From an uncultured Verrucomicrobiota bacterium (lineage in GTDB: Bacteria > Verrucomicrobiota > Kiritimatiellia > CAIQIC01 > GWF2-57-35), in the NCBI GenBank assembly GCA_964521805.1, contig CAZFSE010000039.1, forward strand, positions 1-17,261: a stretch of DNA of 17,261 nt, read 5' to 3'. The translations under genes and the position numbers were made by a program. Shown piece by piece: positions 1 to 8,386 of the stretch (positions are counted from its first letter, which is position 1; every line of letters starts with the position of its first letter). The notes beneath the pieces were generated by a model, which was given only the letters and a program-made list of their open reading frames with translations, was not told the origin of the DNA and made no database searches.

Positions 1-4
1 GCCC

Positions 5-670
5 TTAGGGTTTTTCCGGATAGGCTAGCAGGGCCATTCGGCGCTTCAACGCGCCGACAAAGGCGCTCAGCTCCGCCACGGTGAGTGGCTCAATCATATA
101 ATCAGGAATCTCCGTGATTGTGACGGAGTCCAGCAGGAGGGATATCATGGCGGGATCGAGACCCCCGTCCTTCTGCCTGGCCTCCTCAAAAAATGACTCG
201 ATGCGCAAGCCCTCCTTTTCCAGGAAGTACAGGTCAACCAGATCCTTTAGTTCGCCCCGGCTGATTAACGTGGTGATCTTGTTCCTCATGATTTCCTGCA
301 AGGTGTCAACCCGGATTTCCTCGAAGCAAGGTTTCTCCGCATCAATCTGAGGGCTTGCGTCCAGCACCACGTCAATAATTTCTGTGAACGGCTCTCTTGA
401 AATCCGATATCGCCGGAAGGTGGGCGAATCGCGCAACAACTCCAATGCGGCTCCCATTTGGCGGGCACAGAGGCGAATGACGCCATCCACCTCAACCCAG
501 TCGAGTTGCTGGGTCGTGAACAAATCGAGGTCGTACGAACGCCTGTGATCCAGATAGAACAGCCCCAGCGCGCTTCCTCCGGTCAGAAAAAAGCGCTTTT
601 CATGCGCAAAAAAGGCCTTCAGAAACTCCCTCTTAAGGGGCGTGATGGCTCTAGATTTTTCCCAGTTCAT
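5..670 (-). CDS. Nucleotidyltransferase, AbiEii/AbiGii toxin family (type IV TA toxin-like). The longest ORF extends to 751, but the Met at 670 is preferred.
   Basis: The translation contains FFLTGGSALGLFYLDHRRSYDLDLF, which matches the N-terminal GG[ST]AL...R.S.D[IL]D nucleotidyltransferase motif of the AbiEii family (established knowledge). The ATG at 670 overlaps the stop of the upstream small ORF with a frame offset, the typical arrangement of a coupled two-gene module. G+C is visibly lower than in neighbouring genes. Confidence 0.65.
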   Translation of the reverse strand: MNWEKSRAITPLKREFLKAFFAHEKRFFLTGGSALGLFYLDHRRSYDLDLFTTQQLDWVEVDGVIRLCARQMGAALELLRDSPTFRRYRISREPFTEIIDVVLDASPQIDAEKPCFEEIRVDTLQEIMRNKITTLISRGELKDLVDLYFLEKEGLRIESFFEEARQKDGGLDPAMISLLLDSVTITEIPDYMIEPLTVAELSAFVGALKRRMALLAYPEKP

Positions 671-938
671 GCCAGGTCCTGAACAGATATTCCCATAGAG
701 GCCGTGCGGGTCCGAGCCAGCGCTTGATCCCGTCAAACTCCCGATACACATCGGGTGGCTGTAAAAAGAACCAGACTTCCGAGGGCGTTAACTCTCTCAT
801 AAGCCAGGCGATCAGGCGGTGCCGCTCAACGCCTGCCGTGGAAGACAGCCGCTGGCGGATGTCCGCCACGGTCCACCGGCGGTCCCAGCAGATATACGGG
901 ACGGTGTCCTCCGACCATTTGGCTGTTTCAGGGCTCAT
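651..938 (-). CDS. Small protein (95 aa), the putative cognate antitoxin or regulator partner of the AbiEii-like gene
   Basis: The ORF sits immediately upstream of, and overlaps by about 20 nt, the nucleotidyltransferase gene on the same strand. A GGAGA Shine-Dalgarno-like sequence lies 4 nt before the ATG at 938. No recognisable motif in the protein. Partner status is inferred from gene arrangement only. Confidence 0.45.
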   Translation of the reverse strand: MSPETAKWSEDTVPYICWDRRWTVADIRQRLSSTAGVERHRLIAWLMRELTPSEVWFFLQPPDVYREFDGIKRWLGPARPLWEYLFRTWHELGKI

Positions 939-951
939 GGTTCTCCGGTCC

Positions 952-2574
952 CTATTTGAAGACCAGCGGGCTGAAGATGATCCAGAAGGCGAGGATCACG
1001 GCGCCGAGCAGGATGCTCAGGCCCGCGTTAAACTTGTCGCCCAGGTCCGTGGCCACCTCCTGTTTATCGGCCTGGAAGAGGGCGAGATTCTGCGCGGAGG
1101 GGGCCTGGGTGAAGAGGCTGACGGCCACCAGCAGGACGGAGGAGGCCAGGAAGAGCAGGACGGCAAAGTGCAGGAAGTTGATGGTGGCGAATTGCACGAG
1201 GAGCGGGTGGCCGGTGACCCAGCCCCATTCGCTCTTGTAGCCCAGCTCCGCGACGAAGCGCAGGGCGCCCATCGCAAATCCGCAGAGGAGCGCGGTCAGC
1301 GCGCCTTGTCCGTTGAGCCGTTTCCAGAGCAGTCCGAGGATGAAGACGGCGGCGATGGGGGGCGAGATGTAGGCCTGCACGGATTGCAGGTAGACATAGA
1401 GCTGACTGCTCATGCGCCCGATGAACGGGAGCCAGAGCACGCCGACAATCACCAGCACGACGGTGACGGCCTGCCCGGCGCGCACCAGTTCGCGCTCGCT
1501 GGCCTTGGGGCGGTAGTTGCGGTAGAAATCCATGACGGCGAGTGTGGAACTGCTGTTGAATACGCTGGAGAGCGAGCTCATCAGCGCGGCCAGCAGGCCG
1601 GCGACGACCAGGCCCTTGATGCCGGAGGGGAGCAGGCTTTCCACCATCTTGGCGTACATGTTGTTGGGGGCGGTGTCGGCAAAGAGGATGCGGCCCGCGA
1701 GGCCCGGCAGAACCAGGATGAAGACCGGGAGGATCTTCAGGAAGCCGGCAAAGATGGTGGCGGTGCGGGCGGATTTGAGGTTGTCGGCGGCGAGGGTGCG
1801 CTGGACGATCATCTGGTCGGTGCACCAGTACCAGACGCCGAGGATCGGCGCGCCAAAGAGGATGCCGGTCCAGGGGAAGTCAGGATCGCTGACGCTCTTC
1901 CAGACGGAGAAGAAGGAGGGCGGAAGTTTTTCCACGAGGCCGGAGAGCCCGCCCACGGCGGGCTGGCTGAGCGCGGCGATCGTCAGGATGACGCCTCCGC
2001 CGATGAGGATGAAGGCCTGGATGAAGTCGGTGTAGATCACGGCGCGCAGGCCGCCGAAGGCGGTGTAGAGGCCTGTGGCGACGAGCAGGACGATGGCGCC
2101 CACGTACATGTTCCAGCCCAGGATGGTGTTGAGCACCAGCGCGCCCGCATAGACCGCGACGCTGACCTTGGTGAAGATGTAGGCGATCAGTGAGATGGCG
2201 GAGAGATAATTCCGGCACCCGCGGTTGTAGCGGCGCTCGAGGAATTCCGGCATCGTGAAGACGCCGGTGCTCAGGTAGAAGGGGACGAAGAACCAGCCGA
2301 GAATCAGCAGGATGAAGCAGGCCAGCCATTCAAACTGGCCGACGGCCAGTCCGCTGGAGGCGCCGCTTCCGGCCAGCCCGATGAAATGCTCGGCAGAGAT
2401 GTTCGAGGCGAAGAGGCTGGCGCCAATGGCCATCCAGCCGATCGAGCCGCCGCCCAGAAAGTAGGCTTTGGAATCCGCCTGGCTTTTCTTGCTGGACCAC
2501 CAGCCGATGAAGCCGACCACCGCGAAATAGGCGAACAGAATGACCACATCCAGCACAGACAGTTTGCCGAGCAT
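952..2574 (-). CDS. Sodium:solute symporter (SSS family), SGLT-like Na+/sugar cotransporter
   Basis: The 540-aa multi-TM protein has an N-terminal region, YFLGGGSIGWMAIGASLFASNISAEHFIGLAGSGASSGLAVGQFEW...TMPEFLERRY...YIFTKVS, that closely resembles the SGLT1/vSGLT signature region (established knowledge of the SSS family). Confidence 0.9.
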   Translation of the reverse strand: MLGKLSVLDVVILFAYFAVVGFIGWWSSKKSQADSKAYFLGGGSIGWMAIGASLFASNISAEHFIGLAGSGASSGLAVGQFEWLACFILLILGWFFVPFYLSTGVFTMPEFLERRYNRGCRNYLSAISLIAYIFTKVSVAVYAGALVLNTILGWNMYVGAIVLLVATGLYTAFGGLRAVIYTDFIQAFILIGGGVILTIAALSQPAVGGLSGLVEKLPPSFFSVWKSVSDPDFPWTGILFGAPILGVWYWCTDQMIVQRTLAADNLKSARTATIFAGFLKILPVFILVLPGLAGRILFADTAPNNMYAKMVESLLPSGIKGLVVAGLLAALMSSLSSVFNSSSTLAVMDFYRNYRPKASERELVRAGQAVTVVLVIVGVLWLPFIGRMSSQLYVYLQSVQAYISPPIAAVFILGLLWKRLNGQGALTALLCGFAMGALRFVAELGYKSEWGWVTGHPLLVQFATINFLHFAVLLFLASSVLLVAVSLFTQAPSAQNLALFQADKQEVATDLGDKFNAGLSILLGAVILAFWIIFSPLVFK

Positions 2575-2695
2575 GAGCGCCTCCTTATTGGGTCAGAACA
2601 CGGGAAGGGAGTCTAGGGACTTTTCCCCGCCTGCTCAAGCGCGCATTTTGGGACGTCTCCGCGCGAGGCTGTAGGGGCTACGCCAGCCTTAAGCA

Positions 2696-2714
2696 CCACC
2701 GCGCAAGGCGGTGG
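2696..2714. promoter_or_regulatory. Perfect 7-bp inverted repeat ccaccgc-gcaag-gcggtgg in the intergenic region between the CHAD gene end and the symporter gene start; candidate operator or RNA stem
   Basis: The palindrome was read directly. A degenerate direct copy, caccactgtgcaaggcgg, lies at 2743-2760. No U-tract follows on either strand, so it is not a classical intrinsic terminator. Confidence 0.3.
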
Positions 2715-2737
2715 GATGGGGAGGGACGTCGCCAGAT

Positions 2738-3655
2738 TTAATCACCACTGTGCAAGGCGGGGCGGAGGGCGCGCTGGACGTCTTTCTGGAAGGAGGGTTT
2801 GTTAAAATGCTTCCAGGCCTTTTTAAACTCGGCGAGATGGCTGGCTCGCTCTTTCCGAAGCTGGCGGAGAAGCTTCCGGGGGGGGATGAATTTTTGGCGG
2901 CGGAGAAGGCCGCACCAGACATCGCGGTCGTGGATGCGGCCCAGGGCGGCCTGCATGCGCTTAAGTCGCTCGCCGAGTTCGGGGACGGGCCCGCCCAGCC
3001 CTTCGCCAAAGTAGTCGCACAGGTAGCGGGCCTTGCGAATGGCCCGGCGCAGGTGGTGTGCCTCCTCGGGCTCATAGCGCTGGCAGAGGGCATGGCGTTC
3101 GCGCACGCGGCTCAATGCCTTGCGAATGGCCTTGGTTTCCAGCACGGAAAGATCGCCCTTGGCCTCGTGGAAGGCGGCGGGAATTTCCGCCTGCAACAGG
3201 CGGTTCATCCCGGCCTTCCAGTTCCGGCAGGCCGCCGAGGCCAGCAATCGTTTCATGCGTTCTTTTTGCCGGAACTTGAGGGACTCCTGTCTTCGCAGAA
3301 AGGCGGCCCAGGCGGCCGGCGTTTTGCCGGGATTCTCCGGGGCGTTGCTGTTCAGGAAGAGCATCCATACATCCAAATCCCGCGCCGGTCCGAGGGCCTT
3401 GCCCAGGCGGCGGACGGCCGTTTCCATGCGGGCGGCGGAGGTGGCGGTCAGGGGCGTGCGGAAGGTGCGCAACAGCAGGGCCAGGCGGCGGATGGCGACG
3501 CGCAGGTCGTGCAGGGGCATGCTCTGCCCCTGAAGCACGCCGGGCTCGCTGGCCAGCGCCCGGCGGTATTCCTGGGCGATCAGGCGGCGCGCCTCGCACA
3601 GCGCGTGCCGCCGCCCGGCGGCCGGCTTCGTTTTGCTGGGGCGGCGCGTGCTCAT
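2738..3655 (-). CDS. CHAD-domain protein (conserved histidine alpha-helical domain, polyphosphate-associated)
   Basis: The protein is arginine-rich and all-helical-looking, with an HDLRVAIRRLALLLRTF segment matching the CHAD H-x-LR[VI]-x-[LI]RRLR pattern. Its ATG overlaps the ppk stop codon (ATGA), which implies translational coupling to ppk. The opposite-strand ORF 2711..3796 is Gly/Ala-rich and is rejected as a shadow frame. Confidence 0.7.
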   Translation of the reverse strand: MSTRRPSKTKPAAGRRHALCEARRLIAQEYRRALASEPGVLQGQSMPLHDLRVAIRRLALLLRTFRTPLTATSAARMETAVRRLGKALGPARDLDVWMLFLNSNAPENPGKTPAAWAAFLRRQESLKFRQKERMKRLLASAACRNWKAGMNRLLQAEIPAAFHEAKGDLSVLETKAIRKALSRVRERHALCQRYEPEEAHHLRRAIRKARYLCDYFGEGLGGPVPELGERLKRMQAALGRIHDRDVWCGLLRRQKFIPPRKLLRQLRKERASHLAEFKKAWKHFNKPSFQKDVQRALRPALHSGD

Positions 3656-5766
3656 GACTGGGCGGAGGGCCGCTCCGGCTCAAAGACGTTCATCTCCGCT
3701 TTGCGCGCGGCGCGGGAGGCCTCACAAGCTTGCTGGTACAGCGTTTCCTGGCATCGCTGGGCTTTTTTCTTGCCGGATGGCTTGACGCGGACATAGGCGC
3801 CATCGGCCTGCAGTCGGCGGGCCTTGGCGCTGTCCTTGAAGCAGGCTTCCAAAATGCCGACCAGCTTGCGCGCGCAGGCAGGATCCTCGACGGGAATCAG
3901 CAGTTCAATGCGCCGGTCCAGATTGCGGGGCATCCAGTCCGCGCTGGACATGAAGGTGAGCGACTCGCCGCCATTGTGGAAATGGAAGATGCGGCTGTGC
4001 TCGAGGAAGCGGTCCACGATGCTGATGACGGAGATGTTCTCGCTGACACCGGGCACGCCGGGGCAGAGACAGCAGACGCCCCGGATATTGAGCTGGATCT
4101 GGACGCCGGCCTGGGAGGCCCGGTAGAGGGCCTGAATGAGGGCGGGATCGGCCAGCGAGTTCATCTTGGCCAGGATGCGGGCCTCCTGTCCCTGCTGTTT
4201 GCGGGCGATTTCATTTTCAATCAGCTCCAGCACGCGGTTGCGCAGGCCGATGGGGGCGGACTCGATTTTCCGGTATTTGATGGGCTGGGAGTAGCCGGTG
4301 ATGGTGTTGAAGAAGGCGGAGGCGTCCGCGCCGTAATCGGGGTGGCAGGTCATGTAGCTGATGTCGGTATACAGCTTGGCGGTGCGCTCGTTGTAGTTGC
4401 CGGTGCCGAAATGAATGTAGCGGCGGATGCCGGCGGATTCCCGGCGGACGATGATGCAGATCTTGGCATGGGTCTTGAGGCCCTTCAGCCCGTAGATCAC
4501 CTGCACGCCGGCGTGTTCCAGCGCGGTGGCCCAGCTGATGTTGCGGGCCTCGTCAAAGCGCGCCTTGAGTTCGACGACGACGGTGACGTGCTTGCCCTTG
4601 TCGGCCGCGCGGGCCAGCGCGGCGACGATGGGGCTGTTCTCGCTGGTGCGGTAGAGGATCTGCTTGATGGCCAGCACCTCGGGATCGTCGGCGGCCTCTT
4701 CGAGGAAGCGGACGATGGGGTCGAAGCTCTCATACGGATGGCACAGGAGCAGATCCTGGCGGCTGAGCAATTCAAAAAGGGATTCGCCCGCGACGGTCTG
4801 CGGGGGCTCCTGCGGGGGCCAGGGGTCGAGCTTGAGGGTCTCGAAGCCGGTGGTGGAGGCCAGCCGGAAGCAGGCCGAGAGGTCCACGAGGCCGGGGATG
4901 GGGTAGACATCCTCGTCGCGCAGGTTCAGCATGGTCTTGAGATAGGTCAGGGTGGTGGGGGAAATGTTCTGGCTGATCTCCAGGCGGACACAGCCGCTGA
5001 GTTTGCGCTCGGTCAGCACTTCCTTCATCTTGTCGAGGAGGTCGCCGGCGAGATCTTCGCGGACGCTCATACCGGCGTTGCGGGTGATGCGGAAGGGCAC
5101 ACATTCGGCGACGGGTTCGCCGGGGAAGAGCTGGCTGGCGAAGGCGGAAACCAGATCCTCAACCGGGATGTAGTGATAACCGGATTCCGAGGGGACCGTG
5201 ACAAAACGCGCCAGGCCCCGCGGAATGGCGATGACCGCGAACCGTGGGGTCTGGTCGCTTTCGCGCGGATTCTTCAGGCGGACGAAGAGATTGAGACCCA
5301 GCCCCGGCAGGATGGGGAAGGGGTCGTCCAGGTCAATGGACATGGGGGTGATGACCGGAAAAATCTCATGCTCGAAGAGCAATTGCACGTACATGTCCTG
5401 CTGGGCGGCCAGGTCGCCCATGGCCAGCCGGCGGAGGCCGGCGGAGGCCAGTTTCGGCTCAAGCTCCTTGAGCAAACAGGCCTGCTGATCGGCGACCATT
5501 TGATGCGTGATGCGGCTGATTTCGGCCAGCTGTTCGGCGGGCGTCAGCCCGGATGGGTCGCGGACTTCCTTGCCCTGTTCGAGCAGTTGCTGAAGCCCGC
5601 CCACGCGGACCATGAAAAACTCGTCGAGGTTGGAGGCCGTGATGGCCAGAAATTTCAGGCGCTCCAGCAGGGGGAGGGTGGCATCGAAGGCTTCCTCCAG
5701 CACGCGCCGGTTGAAGGCCAGCCAGCTGAGTTCGCGGTTGATGAAGGGGGCCTGTTCAGTACGCAT
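3652..5766 (-). CDS. ppk: Polyphosphate kinase 1 (PPK1). The start is chosen at MRTEQAPFINRELSWL; the longest ORF start at 5832 would overlap ppx.
   Basis: N-terminal FINRELSWLAFNRRVLEEA...LERLKFLAI..SNLDEFFMVRV is a PPK1 N-domain signature. The size (about 700 aa) and the C-terminal PLD-like regions are consistent with PPK1. The gene lies 10 nt downstream of the ppx stop. Confidence 0.9.
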   Translation of the reverse strand: MRTEQAPFINRELSWLAFNRRVLEEAFDATLPLLERLKFLAITASNLDEFFMVRVGGLQQLLEQGKEVRDPSGLTPAEQLAEISRITHQMVADQQACLLKELEPKLASAGLRRLAMGDLAAQQDMYVQLLFEHEIFPVITPMSIDLDDPFPILPGLGLNLFVRLKNPRESDQTPRFAVIAIPRGLARFVTVPSESGYHYIPVEDLVSAFASQLFPGEPVAECVPFRITRNAGMSVREDLAGDLLDKMKEVLTERKLSGCVRLEISQNISPTTLTYLKTMLNLRDEDVYPIPGLVDLSACFRLASTTGFETLKLDPWPPQEPPQTVAGESLFELLSRQDLLLCHPYESFDPIVRFLEEAADDPEVLAIKQILYRTSENSPIVAALARAADKGKHVTVVVELKARFDEARNISWATALEHAGVQVIYGLKGLKTHAKICIIVRRESAGIRRYIHFGTGNYNERTAKLYTDISYMTCHPDYGADASAFFNTITGYSQPIKYRKIESAPIGLRNRVLELIENEIARKQQGQEARILAKMNSLADPALIQALYRASQAGVQIQLNIRGVCCLCPGVPGVSENISVISIVDRFLEHSRIFHFHNGGESLTFMSSADWMPRNLDRRIELLIPVEDPACARKLVGILEACFKDSAKARRLQADGAYVRVKPSGKKKAQRCQETLYQQACEASRAARKAEMNVFEPERPSAQS

Positions 5767-7363
5767 GGGGCACCTGGTCGGCTTCCGCCCGGAATTCCTG
5801 CAGGACCACGGGCAGTCCATAGATCTCCTCAAAGAGATTGCCCTTTTCCTTGACCGCGAGCCGCTCCATGGTCAGATCTTCCACATCCTTGACGGTGATG
5901 AGCAGGCGGTCGGGCTCGCGGGTGAACAGCAGGTGGCGGGTCTGCTGGGTATGGTTGCGGTCGAGGGCATCGGCCACGCGCAGGATGGCCGCCATCTTGG
6001 AGACCACGATGCGCCCGTCCCGGTCCAGCGCGCTGAATTCGGGATGGGTGAGATTGGGCATGGCGCGGCGGTGGTAGCGGGCGGTCAGCGCGATCAGGGT
6101 CATGTCCGCGCGCGTCAGGCCAAAGAGGTCGCTGTTGAGGATCAGATACATCGAATGCTTGTGATGGCTTCGACTGCTGACGTAGCCGCCGGCCTCATGA
6201 ATCAGCGCGGCGGTTTCGAGGAGCAGGCGGTGGCGCTGGTCGAGCTGATGCTCGGCTTTCATCTCGTCGAACAGGGCCAGCGAGACGTCCGCCACATGGC
6301 GCGCATGTTTTTCATCCACATGGTATTTTTGCCCCAGCACCAGGGCGGACTGAATGACCTGCTGGGCGAACGTGGGGCTCCAGTAGCCGAGCAGGGCCAT
6401 TTCCCGGAGCAGGCCATCCCGCAGGCTGGCCTTGGGAATCAGCAGTTGGTCAATTTTGAAGGAGCGGGCGAGGTGGGTGTAAATCAGCAGGGCCGGTCCG
6501 ACGGTTTCGGCCTCTGAATAGGTCAGCTGGTATTTGCTGACCAGTTTTTCAACGGTCAGCGGCAGGAGCTTGTCCACAAAGGCGGTAAAGGTTTTGAGGT
6601 CGAGGCGCGCGGTGGGCGCGGTGGCCCAATCGGCGCAGAGCTGGGCGGCGGCGAATCGCGAATCGCCCGACATGGCGACCAGCACGCCGGGTTTGGCGGG
6701 CGGGAGGTTGCGCTTGAGTTGTGCGATCAGGCGCTGGATATGCTGGCCGAGAATGGAGCGGGCGCGCTCCGGGGGGATGCGCTGGGTCTCCAGGTTTTCG
6801 CGCATGCGCAGGGAGCCCAGGCGGTAGGAATCGGAAAACGTGACGTAGCCATTTTGCACCAGCAACAACTCGGTGCTTCCGCCGCCGGCATCCGCCACCA
6901 GCACATCGGCGTCCTTGAGCGCCGGATCGTTTTCAAGAAGGTTCTGGGCGGCCATATAGGTCAGCCGGTTCTCCTCGGCCTCATCAATGGCGCGGACGTT
7001 GATCTGGGTGGAGACATAGACGCGGTTCAGAAAGGTGTCCCGGTTTTCCGCCTCGCGGACGGAACTGGTGGCGACGGCCTGAATCTGGTCGGGGCGGTTG
7101 ATGCCGTACTCGTCGAGGATGCGCCGAAATCCGCGCAGGATCTCCACGCACTTCTTGATATTTTCCTGCCGGATGCGTCCCTTGGTGAAGGTATCCTTGC
7201 CAAGGTCCAGAGGCCGGCGCACGGTTTCCAGGGTGCGGATGCCCTGCGTTTCGTTGATTTCCGCGATCTCCATGCGGACGGCGGTGGCGCCAATGTCGAT
7301 GACGGCTACCAGGCGGGGCGGAGGCGCGGAGGGTTTGGTGCTGGTTGGAGGAAGGGTGCTCAT
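5756..7363 (-). CDS. ppx: Exopolyphosphatase / guanosine pentaphosphate phosphohydrolase (Ppx/GppA family). The longest ORF extends to 7426, overlapping the ROK gene.
   Basis: An actin-like ATPase fold start, LVAVIDIGATAVRMEIAEI, and a DAGGGSTEL motif are present. The C-terminal HD-like region contains IHEAGGYVSSRSHHKHSMYLI. The internal Met at 7363 (MSTLPP...) leaves a 19-nt gap to the ROK stop and has GGAAAG upstream. Confidence 0.85.
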   Translation of the reverse strand: MSTLPPTSTKPSAPPPRLVAVIDIGATAVRMEIAEINETQGIRTLETVRRPLDLGKDTFTKGRIRQENIKKCVEILRGFRRILDEYGINRPDQIQAVATSSVREAENRDTFLNRVYVSTQINVRAIDEAEENRLTYMAAQNLLENDPALKDADVLVADAGGGSTELLLVQNGYVTFSDSYRLGSLRMRENLETQRIPPERARSILGQHIQRLIAQLKRNLPPAKPGVLVAMSGDSRFAAAQLCADWATAPTARLDLKTFTAFVDKLLPLTVEKLVSKYQLTYSEAETVGPALLIYTHLARSFKIDQLLIPKASLRDGLLREMALLGYWSPTFAQQVIQSALVLGQKYHVDEKHARHVADVSLALFDEMKAEHQLDQRHRLLLETAALIHEAGGYVSSRSHHKHSMYLILNSDLFGLTRADMTLIALTARYHRRAMPNLTHPEFSALDRDGRIVVSKMAAILRVADALDRNHTQQTRHLLFTREPDRLLITVKDVEDLTMERLAVKEKGNLFEEIYGLPVVLQEFRAEADQVPHAY

Positions 7364-7382
7364 GGTGTTCTTTCCGGCGCCC

Positions 7383-8354
7383 TCACCGGCCCGAGGCCAG
7401 CGCCGCCGCGCCCATGACCACGGCATTGTCGCCCAGGCGCGCCGAGGTGACTTTCAGGCCTTTCTGAAAGGCCGGCATGGCCTGGTCCTTGATGGCGGCG
7501 CGCACTTCCTTGAGGAAGAGCGAAGGCATGGCCTCCACCAGTCCGCCGCCGAGAATAATCAGATCGGGAGCGAGCAGATTCACGGCGCCGGAGATGCCGG
7601 CGCCGAGTGTGTACGCCGCCTGGCGGACGATGATCTCCACCGTCTTGTCTCCGGCCCGGATGGATTTGGCCAGCACGCCGCTCTTGATGTCCCGCAGATG
7701 GGTGCCCGCCAGTTTGTACAAGGCGGGCGCTTCGCCCCGGTAGGCGGCCATGGCGGCATCCGCCGAGATGGCCAGCCGGCTGGCGACCGCTTCCAGACAC
7801 CCGCGCTGGCCACAGCCGCAGAGCCGCCCGTTGGGTTGCACCTGGATGTGGCCAATCTCCATGCAGGAGCCCACTTTTCCGCGCAGGAGGTGGCCCTCAT
7901 AGACACAGGCGCCTCCGATTCCTGTTCCTGGAAAGACCCCCAGCAGGCAACGGGCCTCCTGGCCCGCCCCGAAACGGTATTCCCCATACGTCCCGGCATC
8001 CACGTCGTTGGCAATGATGGCGGGACATTTGAACTGCTTCTCCAAGGCGGCTTTGAGGCGCACATGTTTCCACCCAAGATTTGGCGCATGAAGGATGATG
8101 CCCCTGTCCAAGTCCAGCGGCCCGGGGCATCCGATGCCAATGCCCCCCAATTGCCGGGCTGTGATCTGGGCCTCCTGAAGGGCCTCCTCGATCGTCTGAA
8201 CGATGCGATCCATGATGCCGGCGGCGCCATCCTGCCCCCGGGTTCGCGCCCGCCGGGATCCCTTGATCTTGAATTGGCGGTCGAAGACGGTGGCCATCAT
8301 CTTGGTGCCGCCCAGGTCAAAGCCCAGCCAGCAGGTCTTGGATTTTGCGGTCAT
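7383..8354 (-). CDS. ROK-family sugar kinase (glucokinase-like)
   Basis: The N-terminus carries GFDLGGTK (ATP-binding DxGGT). The ROK zinc motif is present as GHIQV...CGCGQRGCLE. There is no N-terminal HTH, so this is the kinase type rather than the repressor type. It is first in a co-directional array with ppx, ppk and the CHAD gene. Confidence 0.8.
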   Translation of the reverse strand: MTAKSKTCWLGFDLGGTKMMATVFDRQFKIKGSRRARTRGQDGAAGIMDRIVQTIEEALQEAQITARQLGGIGIGCPGPLDLDRGIILHAPNLGWKHVRLKAALEKQFKCPAIIANDVDAGTYGEYRFGAGQEARCLLGVFPGTGIGGACVYEGHLLRGKVGSCMEIGHIQVQPNGRLCGCGQRGCLEAVASRLAISADAAMAAYRGEAPALYKLAGTHLRDIKSGVLAKSIRAGDKTVEIIVRQAAYTLGAGISGAVNLLAPDLIILGGGLVEAMPSLFLKEVRAAIKDQAMPAFQKGLKVTSARLGDNAVVMGAAALASGR

Positions 8355-8386
8355 CAGATTCCTTTCGGAGGACGGGGGAGCGGGGT

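Noticed and set aside
724-2193. 489-aa plus-strand ORF antisense to the symporter gene
   Set aside because: The translation is low-complexity and Asp/Glu/Gly-rich. The opposite strand encodes a well-supported SSS transporter.
2696-2714. Palindrome as the rho-independent terminator of the polyP operon
   Set aside because: No U/T-rich tract follows on either strand.
2711-3796. 361-aa plus-strand ORF overlapping the CHAD gene
   Set aside because: The minus-strand frame has the CHAD motif and an ATGA coupling to ppk. The plus frame is Gly/Ala-rich with no features.
3730-5853. 707-aa ORF on the plus strand antisense to ppk
   Set aside because: The Gly/Ala/Asp/Glu-rich low-complexity translation is typical of shadow frames in high-GC DNA. 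The minus strand encodes an unmistakable PPK1.
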